Origin: a virus | Taxonomy: Duplodnaviria > Caudoviricetes | Strand: one strand, 5' to 3' | Virus record (IMG/VR): IMGVR_UViG_3300036670_000017 | Location: 1-51,953 of that record | Length of the DNA: 51,953 bases | In this document: piece by piece, positions 25,403-33,406 of the stretch | Layout of the letters: each line of letters opens with the position of its first letter | How positions within the stretch are numbered: the first letter of the stretch is position 1 | The notes under the pieces: model-generated | The model's input: the letters and a program-made list of their open reading frames with translations, nothing else | Databases searched by the model: none | Told to the model about the DNA's origin: nothing | Made by a program: the position numbers and the translations under genes

Positions 25403-25852
25403 ATGAGTATCGACACAATTAACTTGTGGCACAAACGTGCCCGCCCCGAGCCAACTTACGCAGACTTTAACGTGCAGCTGGGCTGCCACTTCGAGGAGAT
25501 AGCAGAGATGCTTGTTGCCTTAGAGGGTGACAACGCGCCGACACGCAACCAGCTAAGCAACGCGCGCATGACCATCATGACGCTGGCCGAAGGATTTAAG
25601 TCGGGCCGGTTTGAGGCGTTCGCGAGTCCCCGTGCCGAGTTCTTGGACTCGCTCGCCGACCAAGTGGTGACGGCTATTGGCACAGGACATTGTGATGGGT
25701 TCGACATGGTGGAGGCGCTGCGCATTGTTGACGAGAGCAACTGGTCGAAGTTCGACTTCAATGGCTTGCCGACGTTTAACGAAGCGGGCAAGATAACAAA
25801 AGGGCCAAGATACAAAGCGCCTGACTTAACCGACGTCGTAGGCGTCAAGTAA
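25403..25852 (+). CDS. MazG-like / PRA-PH NTP pyrophosphohydrolase
   Basis: EEIAE, EFLDSLADQVV, SNWSK, GKITKGPRYKAPDL. Confidence 0.85.
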   Translation: MSIDTINLWHKRARPEPTYADFNVQLGCHFEEIAEMLVALEGDNAPTRNQLSNARMTIMTLAEGFKSGRFEAFASPRAEFLDSLADQVVTAIGTGHCDGFDMVEALRIVDESNWSKFDFNGLPTFNEAGKITKGPRYKAPDLTDVVGVK

Positions 25853-25853
25853 C

Positions 25854-25869
25854 TAATCCCATGGGATTA
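25854..25869. repeat. Palindrome copy 11 (AT core)
   Basis: 1 nt after the MazG-like stop codon. Confidence 0.95.
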
Positions 25870-25886
25870 GACCGAGGAGAAATGGA

Positions 25887-26228
25887 ATGAGCACTGAAGC
25901 CGAACAAGGAGAAGAACACATGACCATCGACAACACCACAGGTAAAGATAAAGAGTTTTACGAACTTGGCCAAAGAATGTTTGATAGGTTAAAACCACTC
26001 AAGCCCAGCAAACCGCAAGAAGATATTGACTTGCTGTACCAAGTAAGCAGTGCAGACATTGAAGCGTTGGAAGACGCAAAGATTACGCTGAATGTCATCA
26101 AAGAAGTAGAACCCGGCGTTTACGACGAAATCATTGATTCGTCTTTGTCGTTGATAGACAAAGCATTAGGTATGAGCTACGGCGACGCGATGGAACGAGT
26201 TGCAATCAGAGCAGGGAGTAAGTCATGA
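25887..26228 (+). CDS. Hypothetical protein (alternative start 25920)
   Basis: Both ATGs have an SD sequence. Confidence 0.7.
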   Translation: MSTEAEQGEEHMTIDNTTGKDKEFYELGQRMFDRLKPLKPSKPQEDIDLLYQVSSADIEALEDAKITLNVIKEVEPGVYDEIIDSSLSLIDKALGMSYGDAMERVAIRAGSKS

Positions 26229-26536
26229 CACGAGAAGAATTGATGGCAGACGACACGCAGTATTGCTGCTACTGCGGGTGCGAGGTAAATGCACGGTTCC
26301 AATGCTGTGGTGAGAACCACTTCCATACCTTTGCTCAAATGTCTGCCGAGGAGCAGGACGAGTTCTTGGACAACGAGGAGTGCGCCCCGCTTTACACATC
26401 AACACAACCACACAAGCCTTGGGTTGGACTGACGGATGATGAGATATGGAGTGTTTACAAGCAAGTGGACTCAATGCAATATGTAGAATTTGCACACGCC
26501 GTTGAAGCCAAACTCAAGGAGAAGAACAATGGCTAA
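26225..26536 (+). CDS. Hypothetical protein with Cys cluster and PWVGLTDDEI module
   Basis: YCCYCG...CCGENHF; C-terminal WVGLT..E...EAKLKEKN typical of small phage genes. Confidence 0.75.
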   Translation: MTREELMADDTQYCCYCGCEVNARFQCCGENHFHTFAQMSAEEQDEFLDNEECAPLYTSTQPHKPWVGLTDDEIWSVYKQVDSMQYVEFAHAVEAKLKEKNNG

Positions 26537-26768
26537 GCTAATCGACTTCCCCCTTGGCCTCGATGCAGGCGAGACGCGCCTTGAACTTGACCCCGACGAG
26601 GTGCTCACTGGAGCAGTGGGCAAGCTAACGGAAGTGGTCATTGTTGGCTACGAGGCCGACGGCTCATTGTATTTTGCGTCTACTGGAACACATGGGCCGG
26701 ATGTGCTGTGGCTACTGAAACAGGCTGAGCAGAGCCTCTTGGCTATTGAAAGGGAGATGAGGACATGA
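26529..26768 (+). CDS. Hypothetical protein (start revised to ATG 26529)
   Basis: AAGGAG RBS; DPDEVL..A...VVIVGY..DG..YFAS motif. Confidence 0.75.
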   Translation: MAKLIDFPLGLDAGETRLELDPDEVLTGAVGKLTEVVIVGYEADGSLYFASTGTHGPDVLWLLKQAEQSLLAIEREMRT

Positions 26769-26989
26769 GCGCAAACAACGCGCTACGCAGCCGGATTAGC
26801 AGCGACGGGTCTACGTGTATAGACCCAGACTACTACTGGCAAGAGCTGGACAACGCACCCCACGGCGTTAAAGTACAACTGCTGTCTATCTACGGCGTGG
26901 CGGTGTACGGCACGCTTAGCGGGGCAGCGATTAAGACGGGGTTTTGGCAGTACTGGGCCCCACTACCTAAAGTAAAGAAGGAGCAGTGA
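26765..26989 (+). CDS. Hypothetical protein (DUF551-like C-terminus WAPLP)
   Basis: ATGA overlap; P.GVKVQLL...GVAVYG...WAPLP. Confidence 0.7.
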   Translation: MSANNALRSRISSDGSTCIDPDYYWQELDNAPHGVKVQLLSIYGVAVYGTLSGAAIKTGFWQYWAPLPKVKKEQ

Positions 26990-27102
26990 TATGTTGATAT
27001 GGACAGGCGAAGTCGTGCTTGGGCAGCGGCGATACGGAGTGAGCTTTCGCAGTGGGTGGTTTATAGGCGTCACCCGCACAACCTTCATCTAAAGGAGCAG
27101 AC

Positions 27103-27366
27103 ATGGCAATCGATTTATTAGAGCACGGCGCTAGCGCGGACGATATTCAGTTCGGCGGTTCGCACTACAAAGACATGGCAGTGCAGCCATGGACCGTTAT
27201 GGAGGCGGTGCTGACACACGAAGAGTTTGTAGGCTATCTCAAGGGCAACTGCATCAAGTACGCAATGCGCAACGGCAAGAAAGACGAGCACGACACAAAC
27301 AAGTTCTTTCACTACTCACAAAAACTAGAGGAGATATTACATGGACACGATAACGATAGACTTTGA
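27103..27366 (+). CDS. DUF3310 (SaV-like) protein
   Basis: GGSHY...QPW...F.GYLKGN.IKY..R.GKK. Confidence 0.85.
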   Translation: MAIDLLEHGASADDIQFGGSHYKDMAVQPWTVMEAVLTHEEFVGYLKGNCIKYAMRNGKKDEHDTNKFFHYSQKLEEILHGHDNDRL

Positions 27367-29179
27367 GACGTACTACGACAAAGACTTCTCACTGAGCAAG
27401 ATGCAAACGGACGCGTACATAAAAGACGCCCGCTTTGAGGTTATTGGCGTATCGACTAGCGTGAACGGCGCAGAGGCACAGTGGTGTAGTGGCGATATGT
27501 TGGAGGTGTCTGCATGGCTGCACGTCCACCACGACTGGGACAACAGCGCAGTACGCTGCCACAACACGCTGTTTGATGGATTTATTCTGACGCAGGTGTT
27601 CGGCATAAAGCCCCGGTTGTGGAAGGACACGTTGTCACAGGCGCGCATGCTACACCCATACTGGACGTCGCACTCGCTTGCCAACACTGCGAAGAACCTT
27701 AGCCTGCCTGCGAAGGGCACTGCCGTCCACAACGCTATTGGCAAGCGCCGCTGTGACTTCTCACATGCGGAGTTGGCTGAGTACGCGTCGTACTGCAAGC
27801 ACGACACATGGCTATGTAGCCAGATGGGAGAGGAGTTTGACGCGTTTACCCCGCCTCTCGAGACGCTGCTGATCGACATGACGGTGCGCATGTTTACTGA
27901 GCCTGCGCTTGTGGGTGACGTGGACGAGATGCAGCGCCTGTACGACGACGAGGTAGTTCGCAAAGAGCGCCTAATGGCGTTGGCTGAGACCAACCGCGAA
28001 GTGATTATGTCCAACGACAAGTTCGCCGAGGCACTAGAAAAACTGGGTGTGACTCCGCCGCGCAAGGTAAGCAAGACCACGGGCAAGGAGACATACGCGT
28101 TCGCGAAGTCCGACAAGCAGTTCACTGAGCTTCTTGACCACGAGGATTCGGAGGTTCAAGCTCTCGTGGCTGCACGCCTAGGTGTGAAGACCACGATTGC
28201 TGAGACGCGTGCGTTGCGGTTCGTGGACGCTGCCAAGCGTGGACCTCTACCTGTGTACCTGAACTTCTGGGGCGCGAAGACGACTGGGCGGTATTCCGGC
28301 GGCAACCAAGTGAACTGGCAGAACCTGCCTGCCCGTGGCCCGTCCGCTGGTTTGCGTAAAGCACTGATGGCTCCACCCGGGCACACAGTGCTTGTGGGTG
28401 ACTCGTCCAACATCGAGCTGCGTGTCATCATGGCGGCAGCTGGGCAGACAGACGTGCTGGAAAAGCTCCGCAAGGGTGTCGACCTGTACTGCGACTTCGC
28501 GACAAAGCTGTTCGGACGAACTATCACGAAGGCCGACGTATCAGAGCGTATGCTTGGTAAGGTCGCTATGTTGTCACTGCAGTACGGCGCAGGTGCTGAA
28601 CGGTTTCAAGAGATGGTGCGCATCACCGCGCGTACGCTCCCCGCCCTTACGCCGATCTCACTAGAGCGGGCTAAAGAAATTGTGCACCTGTACCGTGCGA
28701 CATACAGCCAAGTCGTTAAGCTGTGGAGATACTGCAATGACGTGGTGCTACCAGCTATTGCCAATAAGCAAGACATGGTGGCTGTGGACATAAATGGTTG
28801 GTGTGTGACGCAGGGCGAAGGCTTTGGAAAGTTGGGCGAGCCGGGCGTGGTGTATCACGACCTACGCAACGACGAGGGCGACTGGTCTTACTTGATGGGC
28901 AAGATGCGAGTGCGCATCCACGGACCGAAGATGGTAGAGAATCTGTGTCAGCACCTTGCGATGAAGATTGTTATGTGGCAAACTGCACGCATCCACACAA
29001 AACACCCAGTCGCACTTTCCGTGCATGACGAAGCGGTTTGTGTGGTACCTGATAAATTACTTAATGACGCACGTAGTTACATGGAAGAGTGTCTGTCGCT
29101 GGCCCCGAAGTGGTGCCGCGAGCAGCTCCCCGTAGCATGTGAAACTGGTATAGGAGCCTCGTATGGCGACGCAAAGTGA
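27341..29179 (+). CDS. polA: Family A DNA polymerase with 3'-5' exonuclease
   Basis: Exo I DFET, Exo II HN..FD, TGRYS, motif A DSSNIELR, motif B R..GK...L.LQYG, motif C VHDE. Confidence 0.95.
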   Translation: MDTITIDFETYYDKDFSLSKMQTDAYIKDARFEVIGVSTSVNGAEAQWCSGDMLEVSAWLHVHHDWDNSAVRCHNTLFDGFILTQVFGIKPRLWKDTLSQARMLHPYWTSHSLANTAKNLSLPAKGTAVHNAIGKRRCDFSHAELAEYASYCKHDTWLCSQMGEEFDAFTPPLETLLIDMTVRMFTEPALVGDVDEMQRLYDDEVVRKERLMALAETNREVIMSNDKFAEALEKLGVTPPRKVSKTTGKETYAFAKSDKQFTELLDHEDSEVQALVAARLGVKTTIAETRALRFVDAAKRGPLPVYLNFWGAKTTGRYSGGNQVNWQNLPARGPSAGLRKALMAPPGHTVLVGDSSNIELRVIMAAAGQTDVLEKLRKGVDLYCDFATKLFGRTITKADVSERMLGKVAMLSLQYGAGAERFQEMVRITARTLPALTPISLERAKEIVHLYRATYSQVVKLWRYCNDVVLPAIANKQDMVAVDINGWCVTQGEGFGKLGEPGVVYHDLRNDEGDWSYLMGKMRVRIHGPKMVENLCQHLAMKIVMWQTARIHTKHPVALSVHDEAVCVVPDKLLNDARSYMEECLSLAPKWCREQLPVACETGIGASYGDAK

Positions 29180-29438
29180 AACAGTTGTCTTGTACGACAA
29201 CGAGATACCTGTCTGGCTAGACATCTCTGCTGTTAAAGCAGCAGGCGAGGCAACGACGATGTTGTCAGTACGACTGCACTGCAAAGACGCCGACGTACAA
29301 GCGGTATATATCCCAGTTGAGGTGCTGCACCAGCCGGGCAGGTCTGAGCGCATAGCGATGACAAAGCGTGACGTCCTTGAGATGATTCAGAGCAACATAA
29401 CCCATCAACTGGCCGTCATAGCCTTGGAAGGTAAATAA
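29163..29438 (+). CDS. Hypothetical protein
   Basis: AGGAG RBS; overlaps both neighbours. Confidence 0.65.
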   Translation: MATQSETVVLYDNEIPVWLDISAVKAAGEATTMLSVRLHCKDADVQAVYIPVEVLHQPGRSERIAMTKRDVLEMIQSNITHQLAVIALEGK

Positions 29439-30130
29439 TGAGTAGTGTGATGCCCCTGTCGTTTAGTCGGCTGTCGACGTTCGAGCAGTGCCCTGCGCAG
29501 TTTGACTATCAGTACGTTTCTAAGCGGGTAAAGAACTCGTCCAACGAGGCGTCTGAGTATGGCGACCGCGTGCACAAACTGCTTGAGGCCTATGGTGACG
29601 GCTCCCTCGACCAGTCGGCGCTAAGCCTTGAAGGCCAGCAAACGCTGGACAAGTGGGGCAGCGTTGTGGACCGCATCATGGCGCGCAGCGGCGACAAGCT
29701 GTTCGAGTACCAGATGGCGGTCAACGCTGACCTGCAGCCAGTCGACTGGTTCGCAGCAGACGTGTGGATTCGGTCTATCGCTGACGTGCTGATTGTGGAC
29801 GGCGACACAGCCTACTGCCTCGACTACAAGACTGGCAAAGTAAAAGACAACCCGACACAGTTGCAGCTCTTCGCCGCGATGGTGATGTGGCAGTTTCCGC
29901 AGGTGAACACGGTCAAGACCTCGTTCATCTGGCTTAGGTTCGACGAGGTGACCAACTCTAAGTACGAGCGCCGGTTCTTAGCCCCTTTGTGGGCGGCGCT
30001 GGCACCGCGCTTTCACGCGGTGCAGGAAACGGTTGACTTAGGCGTATTCAAGACCAAACCCTCGGGCCTATGCCCGTGGTGCCCAGCAAAAGATATTTGC
30101 CCAGATGCAAGACTAAAAGGACGGCGATAG
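29438..30130 (+). CDS. Cas4/RecB-like PD-(D/E)XK exonuclease
   Basis: SFSRL..FEQCP, G..VH, AD...LDYKTGK, QL.L.A, C-terminal CPWCP....C. Confidence 0.88.
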   Translation: MSSVMPLSFSRLSTFEQCPAQFDYQYVSKRVKNSSNEASEYGDRVHKLLEAYGDGSLDQSALSLEGQQTLDKWGSVVDRIMARSGDKLFEYQMAVNADLQPVDWFAADVWIRSIADVLIVDGDTAYCLDYKTGKVKDNPTQLQLFAAMVMWQFPQVNTVKTSFIWLRFDEVTNSKYERRFLAPLWAALAPRFHAVQETVDLGVFKTKPSGLCPWCPAKDICPDARLKGRR

Positions 30131-30432
30131 TGAAAAACGAAGGCGATGTAAAAAAGGTAGTGTCCAAGACCCTAGCGACCCAACCCGGCTGTTGGTTCTT
30201 CATGCCGCCAGCCAACGGCTACGGGCGTGCAGGCATTCCAGACTTTCTTGGCTGTGTTAACGGGCACATGTTTGCAGTTGAGACCAAGTTCGGCAAAGGT
30301 ACGACGACAGCCAACCAAGAGCGAGAGATTGCGGGCCTAATGCGCAACGGCGCCAGAGTGTGGATTGTCAGAGAGACCACGCTAAGCAGCTGGGACGTGG
30401 AGTTCAAAGGGTGGGCGGCGCTATGCTCGTAA
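30130..30432 (+). CDS. VRR-NUC domain nuclease (start GTG 30130)
   Basis: E..VK...GIPDF...FAVETK...T..Q. Confidence 0.85.
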   Translation: MKNEGDVKKVVSKTLATQPGCWFFMPPANGYGRAGIPDFLGCVNGHMFAVETKFGKGTTTANQEREIAGLMRNGARVWIVRETTLSSWDVEFKGWAALCS

Positions 30433-31970
30433 TACCGGAGAAGCGGCGCATCGTGCTAAGCAGCACAGAGAACGCGGCTGTTACGCAGTACATACCGCAC
30501 GCCAAGGCGTTTGTGCACGAAGGGCAAGACCTCGTCGCACTAAACTACGGCGTAGAGGAGTCACTGGTGTTGCGCAACTTAGGATTCAGCGTTCCGCCGC
30601 CGATTCTGCAGTACTACAACTGGCCAGCTAGATTCGAGCCAATGTTTCACCAGAAAGAAACAGCGGCGTTTCTTACAACACACAAGCGTGCCTTGTGCCT
30701 TAACGCACCGGGCACTGGAAAGTCGATTAGCGCTTTGTGGGCGGCTGACTTCTTGATAGATGAAGGAGTCGCAAAGAAGGTGCTTATCATCGCACCGCTG
30801 TCTACGCTAAAAGTTGTGTGGGCGCGAGAAATACGCCAGCACTTGTCGCACCGCTCGTTTGTAATCTGCACAGGGTCGCGCGAAAAGCGCCAGCAGCTAT
30901 TGGATACGCCCGGAGTGCAGTACGTCATCATTAACCACGACGGCTTTACAAATATGCAGAGCAAGCTGGCAGGGTTCGACGTGGTTATCTACGACGAAGC
31001 GACTGCACTGAAGTCGGCCAGCTCGCAACGGTACAAGATATTTTCTAAGTGGATGCAGCAGCACCAGCCATGGTTGTGGCTGCTAACGGGTACGCCGATC
31101 TCGCAGACTCCCGCTGACGCGTGGACGCTTGCTAGGTTAGTGGACTCGTCCGCTTGCCCCAAGAGCTTCACCACGTTCAAGGACTTGGTGATGCAGAAGG
31201 TTACGCAGTTCAAGTGGTCCCCAAGACCCAACGCGCTGGAGACATGCAAGAAGGTACTTCAGCCGTCAATTCGGTTTTCGCTAGACGAGTGCAAGGACTT
31301 GCCACAGACAAACTTTGTCGGGCGCAAGACTGAGCTAACCGCGCAGCAACAGAAAGCGTTTAAGGAGATGAAGGACAAGGCGGTGACAACCTTTGCCGCT
31401 GGAGAGGTAACCGCTGCTAACGCGGCGGTGGTGTTGAGTAAGCTACTGCAGATATCGTGTGGCGTGGTGTATTCGGAGTCCGGTACGCTTGCCATCGATG
31501 CCTCAGAGCGATACAATACACTCACTGACTTACTTAAAGAGATTGGCGACAAAGCAATCATCTTTGTACCACTGCGTGGTGTGCAAGACTGGCTTGAACA
31601 GAAGCTAGTTGCAGACGGCTTTAGTGTTGCATCGGTGCATGGCAGTGTCAGCAAGACTGCACGCGATCAGATATTTAATGACTTCCAGCACACAGACAGC
31701 CCGACTATTTTGCTTGCTCACCCCAAGGTGGCGGCACACGGGTTGACGCTGACTAGAGCTAAAGACATTATATGGTTCGCCCCCATTTACTCACTGGAGC
31801 AGTACGAGCAAGCCAATGCACGCATACGCCGACTGACGACGACAGGCAAGACTAGCGTGTGGCACATCTGGGCCACACCATTCGAGGCTGAGTTGTATAG
31901 GCGACTGCGCGCTAAGCAGAACACGCTGGTTGAGTTTTTAAACTTGGTAAATGGCATAAACGAAGAGTAG
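30423..31970 (+). CDS. SNF2-like SF2 helicase (start revised to ATG 30423)
   Basis: PGTGKS, YDEA, LTGTP, KLLQIS, HGLTLT, QANARIRR. Confidence 0.92.
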   Translation: MLVIPEKRRIVLSSTENAAVTQYIPHAKAFVHEGQDLVALNYGVEESLVLRNLGFSVPPPILQYYNWPARFEPMFHQKETAAFLTTHKRALCLNAPGTGKSISALWAADFLIDEGVAKKVLIIAPLSTLKVVWAREIRQHLSHRSFVICTGSREKRQQLLDTPGVQYVIINHDGFTNMQSKLAGFDVVIYDEATALKSASSQRYKIFSKWMQQHQPWLWLLTGTPISQTPADAWTLARLVDSSACPKSFTTFKDLVMQKVTQFKWSPRPNALETCKKVLQPSIRFSLDECKDLPQTNFVGRKTELTAQQQKAFKEMKDKAVTTFAAGEVTAANAAVVLSKLLQISCGVVYSESGTLAIDASERYNTLTDLLKEIGDKAIIFVPLRGVQDWLEQKLVADGFSVASVHGSVSKTARDQIFNDFQHTDSPTILLAHPKVAAHGLTLTRAKDIIWFAPIYSLEQYEQANARIRRLTTTGKTSVWHIWATPFEAELYRRLRAKQNTLVEFLNLVNGINEE

Positions 31971-31978
31971 GAGTAGAG

Positions 31979-32368
31979 ATGAATTACGAAGAAGCAGGTC
32001 AGAAATACACGCAGGTGCGCGACGAGATAGACGCGCTGGAGCGAGCACACAAAGCAACGAAGGCGGCGATGACTGAGAAGTTACGCGCGCTTGAGAGCTG
32101 GTTCACAGCCAAGGCACAAGAAGACGGTCTCGAGACCATCAAGACCACTGCTGGCACTGGCTACTGGTCAACACATAACTCGGCGACAGTGTCGTCTCGC
32201 GCTGACTTCTTTGACTTCTGCGTGGCCAACGGGCAACTAGACATGCTTGAGTCGCGGGCCTCGAAGGTCGCCGTGAAGAGCTACATTGACGCAAACGGTG
32301 CGCCGCCCCCGGGCGTCGACTTCAAGTCCGTGAGCGTGTTTAATTTCAGACGAAACACAGCGTCTTAG
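31979..32368 (+). CDS. Conserved replication-module protein (coiled coil)
   Basis: AGGAG RBS; KT.AGT...PPGV motif typical of the gene preceding the SSB. Confidence 0.8.
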   Translation: MNYEEAGQKYTQVRDEIDALERAHKATKAAMTEKLRALESWFTAKAQEDGLETIKTTAGTGYWSTHNSATVSSRADFFDFCVANGQLDMLESRASKVAVKSYIDANGAPPPGVDFKSVSVFNFRRNTAS

Positions 32369-32440
32369 TCACCACACACGGTGGCTGGCACCGGGCATAT
32401 CGCCAAACACCAGCACCTTTTTAACCCTCAGGAGTTTCAC

Positions 32441-33340
32441 ATGAGCAACGCTCTTACCACCGTCCCAGCACACATCGCCGCTCGAATCGCTGCGCGTCAG
32501 CAATCAGGCACCAAGTCAGCCGTAACATCTGCCGTTGTCGGCGAAGGCGGCGGCGGTATCCCCCGCATTAGCATCAAGGCTGCACGATACCGATTGGTAG
32601 AAGACGGCGTGGAAACCACAGTCGGCACCACGCTAGACACCATCATCATCGGCGCCAATCCACGTGTGTCTAAGATATTCTACGGCCGTGCATACGACTC
32701 TGCTGCAGACGGCGTGCGCCCAGCCTGCTTCTCCAACGACGGCCTGAAGCCTGACAGCAGTGTCGAAGACCCAGTGCACGCAGCGTGCGCCACCTGCCCG
32801 AACAACGTCCTCGGCTCAAAGATTCTGCCGTCTGGTGCCCGTTCTAAGCTGTGCGCAGACCAACGTCACTTGGCTGTCGTGGCTGCTGCAGACCCCACCA
32901 AGGTGTACAGCCTCACTGTCCCTGTGTCTGGCATGAAAGGTATGCGCGAGTACTTTAAAGAGCTGGACAACTACGGCATCATCCCCGAAGAGGCGATTAC
33001 GCAGCTCGGCTTTGACGAACAGACTAGCTACCCCAAGATCACATTCAAGCAGAATGGCTACGTGGGTGAGAAGGCTGCCGCGCGCATCGACGAGATGGCA
33101 CAGGGCGATGCGGCCAAGATCGCTACTCGCCAGATGGCACCAACGGGTGGCTCGGTAGCGCTAGCCGCGCCACCAGCGCAGGCTAAGATTACCGCTCCCG
33201 CAGTAGACGATGCCTACGAAGATGAGGGGGCTGCCGCCCCCGTTGCCGCTACGCCAGCCAAGCCAGCCAAGCCAGCGGTCGCACAAGTGAAGGCTTCCAG
33301 CGAGTTGGCAGATAAGATCGACAACCTGTTTGACGAGTAG
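32441..33340 (+). CDS. Putative ssDNA-binding/annealing protein (start revised to ATG 32441)
   Basis: PRISIK, P.CFS.DG..P, CxxCP.N..GS, C...R; Ala/Pro linker and acidic C-terminal tail (DNLFDE); strong RBS and terminator. Confidence 0.65.
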   Translation: MSNALTTVPAHIAARIAARQQSGTKSAVTSAVVGEGGGGIPRISIKAARYRLVEDGVETTVGTTLDTIIIGANPRVSKIFYGRAYDSAADGVRPACFSNDGLKPDSSVEDPVHAACATCPNNVLGSKILPSGARSKLCADQRHLAVVAAADPTKVYSLTVPVSGMKGMREYFKELDNYGIIPEEAITQLGFDEQTSYPKITFKQNGYVGEKAAARIDEMAQGDAAKIATRQMAPTGGSVALAAPPAQAKITAPAVDDAYEDEGAAAPVAATPAKPAKPAVAQVKASSELADKIDNLFDE

Positions 33341-33364
33341 TAAACTGGTTAGCTAAAAACGACG

Positions 33365-33388
33365 CCCCCGGCTCGACCGGGGGTTTTT
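33365..33388 (+). terminator. Rho-independent terminator
   Basis: CCCCCGG-CTCGA-CCGGGGG-TTTTT. Confidence 0.85.
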
Positions 33389-33406
33389 ATTTAAGGGGCA
33401 CCGGCA

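Noticed and set aside
15671-25869. Palindromes as intrinsic terminators or integron attC sites
   Set aside because: No U-tract follows, the stem is short and A/U-rich, there are no RYYYAAC/GTTRRRY boxes and no integron integrase.
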